A model generated the notes under the pieces. It made no database searches, was not told where the DNA came from, and worked only from the letters and a program-made list of their open reading frames with translations. Of a DNA stretch of 64,000 bases, positions 39,982 to 49,932 are shown piece by piece. How positions within the stretch are numbered: the stretch's first letter is position 1; each line of letters opens with the position of its first letter. Position numbers and translations under genes: made by a program. Source of the stretch: a virus; the IMG/VR virus record IMGVR_UViG_3300025671_000038; one strand, written 5' to 3'.

Positions 39982-39989
39982 TATATATC
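39982..39989 (-). promoter_or_regulatory. Putative late promoter GATATATA upstream of S1
   Basis: Exact octamer 29 nt before the S1 ATG. Confidence 0.65.
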
Positions 39990-40018
39990 CAATCAAAAAA
40001 AACTAAATAAGATGACTT

Positions 40019-42766
40019 TTACCCCAGAAGAGATGGCATGATTAAATACCTTATGAGATAGAATTCCCGATTAATCATAATGCGCAATTTCTTGGATTCA
40101 ATTATCTCTGGGTATCCAACGTTAATTATCTTGTGGGTATTCAAGGCATCCCTTACGCTTCCAGAGAAAAGGGTGTTTTTATTTCCCTCCGAATCCACAC
40201 CAGGTATGGTAATCTGGGTATCGCTCAAATTAATGTTACCCCCGGTATCTATATTTCTATCCCGAAAAAGATATAAGACTGATAGAAATACCTTTACACT
40301 GTCACCAACTTGATCTAGCCTCCTCTGTCCCCAATAGAAAGAATCTCTTCCGGGATATGTAGGTTGAAAATCATACCCGTTATAAAAATTTAAGCCTGTT
40401 ACACCGGAAGATATGGGGAGTTTAGCTCTAATAACGGAGGAGCTCATACCATTGTTTTCCAGCTGGGCAGAAAGATCATAGAAGAAAGTCTCTATAGGGG
40501 AACTTCCATCGATATCATAAGTGATATCATACCAAAGATCCCTATCCTCAGAGTCATAAGACCCAAAAGTTCCTCTCTTAGTCCCCTGCCAATACCAACT
40601 ATCGGTTTTATTAGTAACTAAAAGGTCCAAAACTTCATTTATAGATTCTATGGTAAGATCAGGGGAACCTCCTGAGCCTGAGGATATAGCAGCAAGTTTA
40701 GATTCTACTGATTGTCCTGAATTTAATCCAAATAAACTCCTCACGACTGCGGGGAATAGCGAGGGTACCTCAGCAGCTAGTCCACCTACTACGGCAATTA
40801 TCCCCTTTATTGCTTCCCAAACCCCTATAAGCTTAATCGGTAGGTATTTTTCTATAATATACAGGGATACCTTATTAGGATTGTCAACTGTTAAAGAAGC
40901 ATCAAATTCACTCTTGTTTATTCCTCTAATTATCTTCTCTATATCGCTAAGAGATTCGTAGTCGCTCTTCTTACCTTCGTCGAGAACACCATATTCGATG
41001 TATGTGTTTTCCACCTTTTTATAAGACACCCTAAAAACAGAGTAGTCCGAATCTACACTCAGCCTAATGGAGTCACCAGAATTGACATTAATAAGGGATC
41101 CAAGAGAATTTGTAACATCACTGCTTACTAGCGAAACCCTCATCACTGTAATATCGTCTAAATTTCTAGAATTAGCAGAAATCTGTCCTTCCTCGGGAAC
41201 AGTAAGATCCCCTTTAAAATTATACGGGAAAGTAACTGGGAAAGTGTCAAGATCTTCATCCTCTATTTGATCCCTCAGAGAATCAAAGAACTCCTTATTC
41301 GGTTGATAAGATCTAAGCCCCTTAGCAAAATCCCCGCAAACCATATCGCTTATCAATGGCTTTAATCCCCGGTTAGAATCGGAGGGGTCAACTTTTGCTT
41401 CTTCGTAAGGCATGATAGTTGTAATCGCAGGGGAAATATAAGGCTCCAAAAACTGAAGAAAAGCCTCCGATATAAGATCGCAAATGAGTCCGAGCGGATC
41501 GGTAAGACCCTTGATTACGGTTCTTACTAATGATATCGGATTAGTTATCTTTTCAGCTAATCCCTTTAAAACTCCGAGTATCACCTTAACAGGTAACAGA
41601 AGTAGCTTTAGATAATTGAGGAGTATCTTAATTAAAAAAAAGGGGTTATCAGCTCCAATCTGCAATACCCTAGCAAAAGATACGAGATCCTCTTTACTGG
41701 TTTCAGTTAAGTCTGGGGAGTTGTTTAGTGTGGTCTCCTGTATCTTAGCAAAATCTATCTTAGGAAATTTTCCATCAAAGACACCTGATAATACATCGCC
41801 ATAAGAAAGTCCAGCTCGTTCAGAAAGCTGTTCCAAATACTGTTTGGTTGGAGAAGTGGAAGAAACTTTAGAGAAATCCCCAAGAACCAAATTTATACTG
41901 GAAAGAAGCGGAAAATTAAGACCCAATACTGAAAAGGGTATAGAAATCTTGCCATTCGAAGTAAAATCTCGAAGTGCAAGCCTTCTCGAAGATCTGATGG
42001 AAGCACTAGAAAATCCAGGAATAATCACATCTCCACTGTTAGGAATCTCCTCAATATTCAGCGATTTTATTCTTAGGTCAACTTTGTAATAAGGATCAGA
42101 CGAATCTATTTTTCTAATAGAGGTAACATCAAAAACCCCGTATTTCCCACCACTACTTACCTCTATCTCATCTCCAGACCTAAGCAACCTAAGAGAGCCG
42201 TTATTATCATTGGTGTCAGTTATCTCGCTAACACTTATAGACGTCAGACTTTCTATTCCATCTGAGGGAGTAGTTATTTGTCCATCAACTGGTGCTTGAC
42301 TGATGTTATAAGTTATCGAATAGGAAAAACGATCGAGCTCATCATCTACGTTGTCGGAGGACGATGAATCAATGAGACTTTTTAATCTACCTATGTCACC
42401 CCCGATATTCTCTAGATTTAAAGATATCGGGAAAGGAAACTCTTCTAGCTGAGCATTTATCCCCTCATCAAGCATGAATTGAAGAGGATTGGAAAATAAA
42501 GTTTTTATTGAGCTAACTGTATCCTTGATTTCACTCAATCCTCCCTTCAAAACCTTCTTCCCCATGAATATGGGAGCAAATGAGGTAGCTAGACTTCTCT
42601 CAAAGGTTCTTATCTGTAGCTTAACCAAGAGTCCAAGACCAAACAGGTTGGAATTGGGTATCTTGAATTTACTGTCGCTTACTATACTGTCAGCAGTATC
42701 ATTTACCCTGTCTATAAATGCGTTAATCTCAGCATCTTCTAATATTTTGTCGGGTAATACAGCCAT
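40019..42766 (-). CDS. Large hypothetical baseplate-region protein (915 aa) with internally duplicated module and amphipathic helices
   Basis: Directly downstream of the gp5-like gene; two copies of a Y...P.(D/E)GQI...SGD.I module. Confidence 0.5.
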   Translation of the reverse strand: MAVLPDKILEDAEINAFIDRVNDTADSIVSDSKFKIPNSNLFGLGLLVKLQIRTFERSLATSFAPIFMGKKVLKGGLSEIKDTVSSIKTLFSNPLQFMLDEGINAQLEEFPFPISLNLENIGGDIGRLKSLIDSSSSDNVDDELDRFSYSITYNISQAPVDGQITTPSDGIESLTSISVSEITDTNDNNGSLRLLRSGDEIEVSSGGKYGVFDVTSIRKIDSSDPYYKVDLRIKSLNIEEIPNSGDVIIPGFSSASIRSSRRLALRDFTSNGKISIPFSVLGLNFPLLSSINLVLGDFSKVSSTSPTKQYLEQLSERAGLSYGDVLSGVFDGKFPKIDFAKIQETTLNNSPDLTETSKEDLVSFARVLQIGADNPFFLIKILLNYLKLLLLPVKVILGVLKGLAEKITNPISLVRTVIKGLTDPLGLICDLISEAFLQFLEPYISPAITTIMPYEEAKVDPSDSNRGLKPLISDMVCGDFAKGLRSYQPNKEFFDSLRDQIEDEDLDTFPVTFPYNFKGDLTVPEEGQISANSRNLDDITVMRVSLVSSDVTNSLGSLINVNSGDSIRLSVDSDYSVFRVSYKKVENTYIEYGVLDEGKKSDYESLSDIEKIIRGINKSEFDASLTVDNPNKVSLYIIEKYLPIKLIGVWEAIKGIIAVVGGLAAEVPSLFPAVVRSLFGLNSGQSVESKLAAISSGSGGSPDLTIESINEVLDLLVTNKTDSWYWQGTKRGTFGSYDSEDRDLWYDITYDIDGSSPIETFFYDLSAQLENNGMSSSVIRAKLPISSGVTGLNFYNGYDFQPTYPGRDSFYWGQRRLDQVGDSVKVFLSVLYLFRDRNIDTGGNINLSDTQITIPGVDSEGNKNTLFSGSVRDALNTHKIINVGYPEIIESKKLRIMINREFYLIRYLIMPSLLG

Positions 42767-42769
42767 TCA

Positions 42770-43438
42770 TTATCTAGTTTTAGATACATTGGAAAGGTGA
42801 GATGGATCGGAAGGAATAACGGGTGGAGACGTCGGTGCTCCTAAATTTCCCAAGTGAGTATGTGAATTAAAGTAGGTCTGGAAAAGATTCCCCTTTATTA
42901 CAGACTCAGTTGCAGCTTCGCCGAGTTCAATGTTATTACAATTAACGATGACTTTATTATTCTCCATTCTTATCTGATCTTCACCCATCTCAATTACGAT
43001 CCTCAATTCGCCACCGTCCTGCGTATCAAGCTGCACTTTAGCATCACCTAAAATAAGATTAAGCCCCTTTTTCTTTGTATAAAATATCTGGAGAGGTCCG
43101 GGGTCAGAATCGTTATCATATATCAGTGAATGAGCCCCTTCGTAAGAATCCGAAATTTCTTCCAGTAGATCTGGTGAGGTCTCCCAGTCGGAATAGTAAT
43201 TCATCCTGTAGTAGTTCTGGCCATCAAAATCCACCGCTACTACTGCACCAAGTCTAGGAACTGAAAGGTTACCCTTTCCACCTCTTCCGAAGGATGGGCT
43301 TTGAACCTGGCTAGCCCAGGGTATATCCTCCGTCTCCAACCCATCGAAAAGGCCGAAAACTTTTACCCTAGCACGACCAGATTTTTGAGGATCGTCAATA
43401 TCTACTATTTCTCCTAAGTATATCTTTGGATTTGCCAT
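42770..43438 (-). CDS. Central spike protein (T4 gp5 / gpV-like, N-terminal OB fold, no lysozyme domain)
   Basis: YLGEIVDIDDPQKSGRARVKVFG...IPWA, VPRLG..V.V.F; C-terminal FNSHTHLGNLG H-x-H tip motif. Confidence 0.85.
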   Translation of the reverse strand: MANPKIYLGEIVDIDDPQKSGRARVKVFGLFDGLETEDIPWASQVQSPSFGRGGKGNLSVPRLGAVVAVDFDGQNYYRMNYYSDWETSPDLLEEISDSYEGAHSLIYDNDSDPGPLQIFYTKKKGLNLILGDAKVQLDTQDGGELRIVIEMGEDQIRMENNKVIVNCNNIELGEAATESVIKGNLFQTYFNSHTHLGNLGAPTSPPVIPSDPSHLSNVSKTR

Positions 43439-43441
43439 AGG

Positions 43442-45877
43442 TTAAATCTCATCTTGGTCTGGGTTGAATCCCCCTAAACTAACATTGTATTTGTCAGGTG
43501 GCTTAGTGTTCCCCAAATTCAGCGGGGATTCCGCTATGAAATCGCCACTGGTTACTGGATAAACATTACCTATATTACCCTCCAGATAGCTTTGTTTTTT
43601 ATCACTATACACTTTACCTGGGGGCTGTGAAAAATTATTTTCGGGGGATCTAAGTTCCCCTCTGGAAGACACGAGACTACTTTCACCATAAACTTTGTCC
43701 GGAGAAAGCTGCTCGTTGGAATATTGCTTCTCGTAGACACTTCCACCAACATCTTCATATTTTCTATCTGGGACGCCGAGATCAGATCCGGGGACATCTC
43801 CATAAACATCGTCCTTGGATAAGCTGTTGTACTCCCTATCAGGAACACCTAAATCGGAACCTGGCACATTCGAGTATACGTCATCATTAAAATCAGGATA
43901 AACCCGATCAGGAACCCCAAGGTCTGAGCCAGGTACTTCTGAGTATACATCGTCATTAAAATCGGGATAAACCCTATCAGGAACACCAAGATCAGAACCG
44001 GGAACGTCAGGGTACACATCGCCAGATGGGTCTGGATAAACTCTATCAGGAACCCCCAGGTCAGCACCGGGTACATCCGGATATACATCACCCGATGGAT
44101 TTGCATAAACCCTATCGGGAACACCAAGATCGGCACCAGGAACGTCAGGGTATGCATCACCAGATGGATCTAAATAAACCCTGTCAGGAACACCAAGATC
44201 AGTACCGGGCACGTTAGGATAAGCATCACCCGAAGGCTGCCCATAAACTCTGTCAGGAACACCAAGATCAGTACCAGGTACATTTGCATATGCATCCCCA
44301 GTAGGTTCTGGATAAACCCTATCAGGAACACCAAGAGCAGATCCAGGTACGTTGGGATATTCATCTTTAACTCCCTGGATAGGCGGATAAACCCTTTCCG
44401 GTGGTCCACCTTCTCCAGTAGTTTGTGGGTTTGGCAAATTCCCCTTAAATATGTTATCTATACCGGTTTCAGCTGCTCCATTTAGGAAATTTTCCAGATT
44501 ATTGAAACCGAATCTTCCGCCCTCGTTGGTCAGTCTTCCAATTTGGGAGGGATTAAGAGAGTATATGTTACCCAGAAGGGATTGATCAATGCCATTTAAA
44601 TTAGAGGTAAGTGCACTAACACCTTCGTTTACCAGGTCGGTTACCACGTTTGAAACTGCATTAGTTAATAGCTGTCCACCAAGTCCTAGTAAATTTTCCA
44701 GGCTTAAAGCTGAATCTCCAAGTTCTTCCAGCGAAGATGAATTCTGATCATATGAATCAGCAAGAATCAGTGGTTTTTTATCCGCCCTTATATTGGGATA
44801 CTGACTTTTAACTCTAACTTTACCAACATGAACTTTGAAAGAGTTAGTTTCGGGATCAGCTGAACTAGATCCCATGTCTATTGTGCTTTTATATGGGACG
44901 CTTTCGCTAAAGTCAAACTCACACTGCTGGCACTCGTAAATTTTTACAGGCTTGATCCCACTCTGGTCCGATTGGTTTGTAAAAGCTGCAAAGTCATTGG
45001 ATAAGCCACTTTGGTCTAAGACGTTACCAACAAAGCTGGAAAATGCTCCGCCTCCTCCTCCACTATCAGAACCTGCAGAGGCATCGAATCCTCCACCCGC
45101 AAGATCACCAAAGCTGGATATAATGCTGCCACCTGGATTTGTGTTGGAATTGATAAGTCCAGACAGGTCGTTGAGAGCAGTTAGAGCAGTACTAGATGCA
45201 GTGAGTCTGCTCGTCTTGAAGAAGTTTCTTATCTCTGTAACGAATATCCACATCGTGAACTTTCTGAGATTCCTCGGTACGAGCCACCTCATATTTTCAA
45301 AATCAAACGTAGCCTGATTATAAAGGTCGGCTAGAGCAGATATCCGGAGATTTAGTGATTCTAAAGTATTAAATGTTAGAACCTTATCTCCAGTTCTTTG
45401 GGTATCAAAACCGTCAAGCTCGTTGGATGGCTGGAATCCATTTCTGCTAATTAGGGAGAGCTGATCTAGTCCTTCTATAGATTGGAAAAACCACGGTGAA
45501 TTTGTATTTATATCCTTAAGCAGCTTCTGAAACTGCAATATAGCGTTTGCTCTTTTCTTCTGATTATTATCTGCAAACCCTGCATCTCTCTGAAGAAGAT
45601 AATTGTAAGTAGAATAATATGCAACCTCCGGATTTGATGCTATGTACTGAGGTTGTCCAGTAAAAGAATCCTGTATGTTAGCCATACCTGAATTCTCGTT
45701 AGTGTAGTTGTCCCTTTTAAGCAATGGACTTGGCGCCCATCCATACTCCGGATTTATTGGCAAAGATCCGAAGTCAAACATAATCTTAAACCCCAGATAG
45801 GTAGGATCCTCGTTGCCGCCTGAATTAGATAGCTTAAATCCTTTCAGGAATAAATTTCTGTTTTTGTCAGTTGCCAT
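43442..45877 (-). CDS. Baseplate/tube-like protein with acidic 23-aa tandem-repeat C-terminal region
   Basis: N-terminal globular region (DPTYLGF, PWFFQSI.GL, LESLNLRI); about 10 copies of PDRVYPDPSGDVYPDVPGADLGV. Confidence 0.55.
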   Translation of the reverse strand: MATDKNRNLFLKGFKLSNSGGNEDPTYLGFKIMFDFGSLPINPEYGWAPSPLLKRDNYTNENSGMANIQDSFTGQPQYIASNPEVAYYSTYNYLLQRDAGFADNNQKKRANAILQFQKLLKDINTNSPWFFQSIEGLDQLSLISRNGFQPSNELDGFDTQRTGDKVLTFNTLESLNLRISALADLYNQATFDFENMRWLVPRNLRKFTMWIFVTEIRNFFKTSRLTASSTALTALNDLSGLINSNTNPGGSIISSFGDLAGGGFDASAGSDSGGGGGAFSSFVGNVLDQSGLSNDFAAFTNQSDQSGIKPVKIYECQQCEFDFSESVPYKSTIDMGSSSADPETNSFKVHVGKVRVKSQYPNIRADKKPLILADSYDQNSSSLEELGDSALSLENLLGLGGQLLTNAVSNVVTDLVNEGVSALTSNLNGIDQSLLGNIYSLNPSQIGRLTNEGGRFGFNNLENFLNGAAETGIDNIFKGNLPNPQTTGEGGPPERVYPPIQGVKDEYPNVPGSALGVPDRVYPEPTGDAYANVPGTDLGVPDRVYGQPSGDAYPNVPGTDLGVPDRVYLDPSGDAYPDVPGADLGVPDRVYANPSGDVYPDVPGADLGVPDRVYPDPSGDVYPDVPGSDLGVPDRVYPDFNDDVYSEVPGSDLGVPDRVYPDFNDDVYSNVPGSDLGVPDREYNSLSKDDVYGDVPGSDLGVPDRKYEDVGGSVYEKQYSNEQLSPDKVYGESSLVSSRGELRSPENNFSQPPGKVYSDKKQSYLEGNIGNVYPVTSGDFIAESPLNLGNTKPPDKYNVSLGGFNPDQDEI
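43752..44402 (-). repeat. 69-nt coding tandem repeat, about 9-10 units
   Basis: ATCAGGAAC recurs at 43838, 43907, 43976 and 44045 (exact 69-nt spacing); units differ mostly at synonymous positions. Confidence 0.9.
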
Positions 45878-45896
45878 TAGGGTTTAGTTCTTTTTA

Positions 45897-45904
45897 TATT
45901 TATC
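45897..45904 (-). promoter_or_regulatory. Putative late promoter variant GATAAATA
   Basis: Overlaps the upstream stop codon, 19 nt before the ATG at 45877. Confidence 0.4.
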
Positions 45905-47405
45905 CGGAATAAAGATTTATCGGGAAAGATTTAGGGAAGGTTCCAGCGCTATTCAGGAACCACTCTCTCCTCTTAAGGTGTAACACCTGCTTCATCTGGG
46001 AAAATCCCTCGTAAACAACCTCTATTCCATCCAATACATATATTCCGGATAAAAACTGATCCAATACTGGGTTTACTTCCTCCTGTGTCTCTTGGTTATT
46101 GGATATCCCTGCGTTTTCCTTTCTTATACCCTGATCATTCACATAAATAAGAACCGGTATAGCTTGTCCCCTATAAAAACCAGCATAGTATGGCTTGGTC
46201 TCAACTCTTAGGGTAAATTTATCTAAGTCATTTATGTTGAATTCATTCTGTACAAGTGCCTGAATAAAATTTTCATGGACCCCGCCACCTTGACCATCAA
46301 AGCTGTTTAAACTCCCATACCAGTTTTTCCTGACCTCCTTTAGGTACTCTTCCTCCTTAGGTCTACCCTTTTGTAATACCTGGTTTTCCCCAACATTCTC
46401 TGTAGTTACACTTTCTATGGTGTATTTTATGTACTTTTCTACGTAGTTATCAGTTTGCAATCCATCATCATAGAATTGTACCTCCTGTATATAGCCGCTT
46501 CCGTTATTGATATTTCCTGCCTGTGAGACCAGGGTAAAATTGGAGATGTAAAGTGGAATATCGCTACTGCCCTTCTGGTTTGTCAGAGCCAGGGGCATCT
46601 CCTGTGTATCTAATTCCAATCCTTCAAAAGATGTATCGTTAGCAGTATTATCCGATAAGCCTCTAATAACCTTCACCTGCTGAACGTAATCCTCAGCGGT
46701 CAGTTGATTATCCATATTTACTACATTGAGATTGTAGTAAGGATCTATCCATATTTTAAAAAAGCTTCTATCGTCTTTATATGTTCTAGAAGCAACCTCC
46801 TTCATGAAGTCGTAATAGGATAGATTTGGACATATCCAGGTCATTGTATCGTTTCTCTCCGAATCATTGGAGGAGAATCCGAGGTCCAATTCCTGCGAAA
46901 TTTCAAACAGGGTCTCATACGAACTCTTAGCCCTGAAAGCTTTTGAAACCTCTGAATAAATCCCCGGGATCCTAGCTTCCGCTAATACACTAAATTCTAT
47001 GTTATTCCCCTCCGAATTTACCGACTGCCCAGAACGAACAGAAAGGATATTGAAGTCCATCCTGATAGGCTTGTATACATCAACCCAAGATCTAATATAA
47101 ACAGAGACTATATCGCCGTCCTTGGGATAGTTTACGCTAATAAAGAGCGGATCACCCATTACGAAATTGAACCTTACTACGGGAATAATTCCGGTCATAT
47201 CAAGGGAGAAATATGACATAAACTTTTCAACGTAGTATCCATTAATGAAGACTACAGGTCGATAGGCACCAAAGGATTTTTCGTCAGCATCCTGTAGGAG
47301 TGGTTCGTTTTTATTATCGGGTCCACTCCGATTGGGAACTACCAGCTCATCCAGCCTAATACTGGTCTTAGCAAAATTGTTTATTACTATCTGATCAGAT
47401 GGCAT
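45900..47405 (-). CDS. Baseplate hub protein (T4 gp27-like)
   Basis: 501 aa between gp53-like and gp5-like genes; EISQELDLGF, WICPN.S..DF, FWIDPYYNLN-type, GFYRGQ..P, FLSG.Y...I motifs typical of hub/gpD proteins. Confidence 0.6.
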   Translation of the reverse strand: MPSDQIVINNFAKTSIRLDELVVPNRSGPDNKNEPLLQDADEKSFGAYRPVVFINGYYVEKFMSYFSLDMTGIIPVVRFNFVMGDPLFISVNYPKDGDIVSVYIRSWVDVYKPIRMDFNILSVRSGQSVNSEGNNIEFSVLAEARIPGIYSEVSKAFRAKSSYETLFEISQELDLGFSSNDSERNDTMTWICPNLSYYDFMKEVASRTYKDDRSFFKIWIDPYYNLNVVNMDNQLTAEDYVQQVKVIRGLSDNTANDTSFEGLELDTQEMPLALTNQKGSSDIPLYISNFTLVSQAGNINNGSGYIQEVQFYDDGLQTDNYVEKYIKYTIESVTTENVGENQVLQKGRPKEEEYLKEVRKNWYGSLNSFDGQGGGVHENFIQALVQNEFNINDLDKFTLRVETKPYYAGFYRGQAIPVLIYVNDQGIRKENAGISNNQETQEEVNPVLDQFLSGIYVLDGIEVVYEGFSQMKQVLHLKRREWFLNSAGTFPKSFPINLYSG

Positions 47406-47418
47406 ATTACATCAGATT

Positions 47419-48003
47419 TTATAAATTGGCATTAGGATTAGGTGTTGCATTACTAACATCTGGTCCCAGTGCAATAACTGCATTAGTTCTAACCGTCTGT
47501 CTTTCTCCGTCTTGTAGTATGTTTGGTGGCAGAACCTGCGGAGGAGTGTTTTTAGCCTTGTTACGCATCTCCAAAAACTTCTTCCTTGAATCACTGGTTT
47601 TAAACCTTCTCTGCTCTTGGGATTTTCTAAACTTACTATTGGGATTCTCTGCTCCAGACCCTTTCTTGACGAGTTTGCTTTTAGAGTCCAGTGCTGCGTC
47701 TAGACTGATTTGCAAGGGGAAAACAACAAGATCACCGGTGTTCATAGCAAACGGGTTAGATATACCATTGAATTTTAGAAAGGTACCGGTGTAAGCAAGA
47801 TCACCATAAGCGCTAAATGCAAACCTATCAGGTCTCATCACAAAATCATCCGGAACTATCTTATAGCTTTTTATTTGTGGGTTAACACCAGTGTAATTTA
47901 TACTGGATCTGGTAAGGTCCCATATACCTATATTTTTAGTCTGTAGATCAGAATCCGGATTATATACGTTTTTATTTCTTGCTAGTGTATCAATCTTAAG
48001 CAT
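47419..48003 (-). CDS. Baseplate wedge protein (T4 gp53-like, LysM-like)
   Basis: RPDRFAFSAYGD...LKFNGISNPF...GD.V..P motif. Confidence 0.7.
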   Translation of the reverse strand: MLKIDTLARNKNVYNPDSDLQTKNIGIWDLTRSSINYTGVNPQIKSYKIVPDDFVMRPDRFAFSAYGDLAYTGTFLKFNGISNPFAMNTGDLVVFPLQISLDAALDSKSKLVKKGSGAENPNSKFRKSQEQRRFKTSDSRKKFLEMRNKAKNTPPQVLPPNILQDGERQTVRTNAVIALGPDVSNATPNPNANL

Positions 48004-48017
48004 ATCTAATTTTATTT

Positions 48018-49916
48018 TTATTGAGCAATACCTCCACTTTCCTGTGTATATTGCTCAGAAGGATTGATGCTAGTGGTATCGTCTGGGTCCACCACTACTG
48101 GTTGTCCTTCAGTATTTCCTAGAGAGTTGAGTGATTGGCTGTTAGAGTAAGTTGGTAGAGAACTTTGATACAATCTAATCTTACCCCTGTTGAACATTGA
48201 TTCTATCTCCCCTCTTTCTCTGTCCCTTCCGTGCTTTAAACTATAGGTAGCAACTATCTCAGTTGGGAAATCGTCAGGTCCTAGTACTTCGCCAAATTCA
48301 ATATCAACATTCTCGCATATAAGATTACCTATCATTGCAATGGGATTCATAGGATTACCAACCACCAAATGCCATTCACCAACAGGTGCTCCAGTATAAA
48401 GGGATAAAGGCAGCCTGATCTGTTCTATCAAATCGTCCGCTAAAGCCGCAGCTAATATGTTCCCGACAGCGGAATTATCATCAAGATCTGCAGCAACCTG
48501 AGCCAAATCTTGGGTACTCAGTTGTTGAATAACACTATTTAGATCTTGTACAGCTTTTTCAACTTGATTAGCACTCTCTTTTAAAGCTTCGGCATCAGGG
48601 TTATTCATAGTTGTCCCGCTAGGATCCGCTAAAAACTTGATAGCTGTTTTAGTCCAACCAACAGGATCACTATAAAATCTTTTCAGTCCGTCATCTCCAC
48701 CAGGGAACCCGATAGCTGGGAATTTGTTATCATATCTTATATCAGGGGTTAGGTAATTACCGTAATTTGTTCCCAGACCCAGGCAATTACCTATTATATC
48801 CAACATGGCTGCTTTAGTATTAACCTCTGAAACGGAGGTTAGCTCATAATGAAATTTCAGGGTAATTGTCTTATCACCAAAGGTTAGGCCTCTACCTCTA
48901 ATCCATGTCTTATCAACAGTATCAACGGAGGTAAATATAAAATCACTAAGCGGACCTCCTTCAGGTCTAGTCATTTTATCCCTAAGAGCAAAATTTATCT
49001 TGGGGACTGTCACCTGCTCCCTCCCAGCATCAGTAGCTTGTATAGCCAGATTGGCGGTATCTCCCAAGATAGAAACGAGATCCCCCGCACCTGCGCTGGA
49101 TGCAGTACCAGCAAAAGCCCTACCAAGAACAGATTTAAAGAATCCCTGATCAAATCCCTCCTGGGTTTGAACTTCCTTTTGTGTTCTCGGGTTCCAGGTC
49201 AAACCGGTAGCAAATCCTATAATATTATTCAGGGAGTTGTCTGTTGCTCCGCCCCACCACGTCACAGCCTGTGCTACGGGTCTACCTGCTCCCTCAACTT
49301 TATAAAAATCAGACTGAACCACCCCGTCAGGCAGGGTTAGATTATCCCTCATCGGAGCAGGAAATCTCCTTAGGGTTATCATGTAGTTATTTGGGATAGA
49401 CCCATAATATTTACAGTACAGGAAGTCTGCCCATGTGTAAGGCGCTGAAGCTCCACCTATAATAGGGTTATTTGTATTTGGATCGGATTCACTACCTTCC
49501 GATTGTTTTAAAGCATTCTCCTGCTCCATCGATGCTCTTACGAGAGCTCCTGCGCTAGGGTTCTTGGAAGCTGTGGATGTTATACCAGAGTTATACTCAG
49601 ATCTCTCCGACTTATAATATCTGTCAATAAAGTCATTACCTGAAGCATCCTGGAGGGAATAGAACAAAAATTGACCATACTTATCAGAGCCATTTGTATA
49701 AAAGCCACCACGATAAAAAAGGGTCCTTGCAGTGGGGACAGTAAGAGGTACTGTCGAACCTAAGTTAGACTTCTGATCAACAACCGAGGTTGCTGCCTGC
49801 TCTATACCCTCCTCTCCGTTGGAATAGAATTGCCGAGTTTTGTTATCTCTATTGAACTGCTCTCTTCCACCAAAACCCGGAGTAGGTGAATTAGTGTTAG
49901 TGTAGGTTTCGCCCAT
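48018..49916 (-). CDS. Baseplate/tail-tube-initiator-like protein (gp48/gp54-type fold, tentative)
   Basis: C-terminal WHLVVGNPMNPIAMIGNLICENVDIEF..LGPDDFPTE.......L tube-like pattern; first gene of the baseplate cluster. Confidence 0.45.
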   Translation of the reverse strand: MGETYTNTNSPTPGFGGREQFNRDNKTRQFYSNGEEGIEQAATSVVDQKSNLGSTVPLTVPTARTLFYRGGFYTNGSDKYGQFLFYSLQDASGNDFIDRYYKSERSEYNSGITSTASKNPSAGALVRASMEQENALKQSEGSESDPNTNNPIIGGASAPYTWADFLYCKYYGSIPNNYMITLRRFPAPMRDNLTLPDGVVQSDFYKVEGAGRPVAQAVTWWGGATDNSLNNIIGFATGLTWNPRTQKEVQTQEGFDQGFFKSVLGRAFAGTASSAGAGDLVSILGDTANLAIQATDAGREQVTVPKINFALRDKMTRPEGGPLSDFIFTSVDTVDKTWIRGRGLTFGDKTITLKFHYELTSVSEVNTKAAMLDIIGNCLGLGTNYGNYLTPDIRYDNKFPAIGFPGGDDGLKRFYSDPVGWTKTAIKFLADPSGTTMNNPDAEALKESANQVEKAVQDLNSVIQQLSTQDLAQVAADLDDNSAVGNILAAALADDLIEQIRLPLSLYTGAPVGEWHLVVGNPMNPIAMIGNLICENVDIEFGEVLGPDDFPTEIVATYSLKHGRDRERGEIESMFNRGKIRLYQSSLPTYSNSQSLNSLGNTEGQPVVVDPDDTTSINPSEQYTQESGGIAQ

Positions 49917-49932
49917 TCATACAGTACTTATT

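Noticed and set aside
43752-44402. Regularly spaced DNA repeats as a CRISPR array
   Set aside because: The period is 69 nt (a multiple of 3) and in frame within an 811-aa ORF, the whole unit is conserved with synonymous changes, there are no unique spacers, and no cas genes are present.
43570-44409. Alternative-frame ORFs showing repeats (43849..44160, 44026..44217, 44170..44409)
   Set aside because: By-products of the 69-nt tandem repeat in the main frame.
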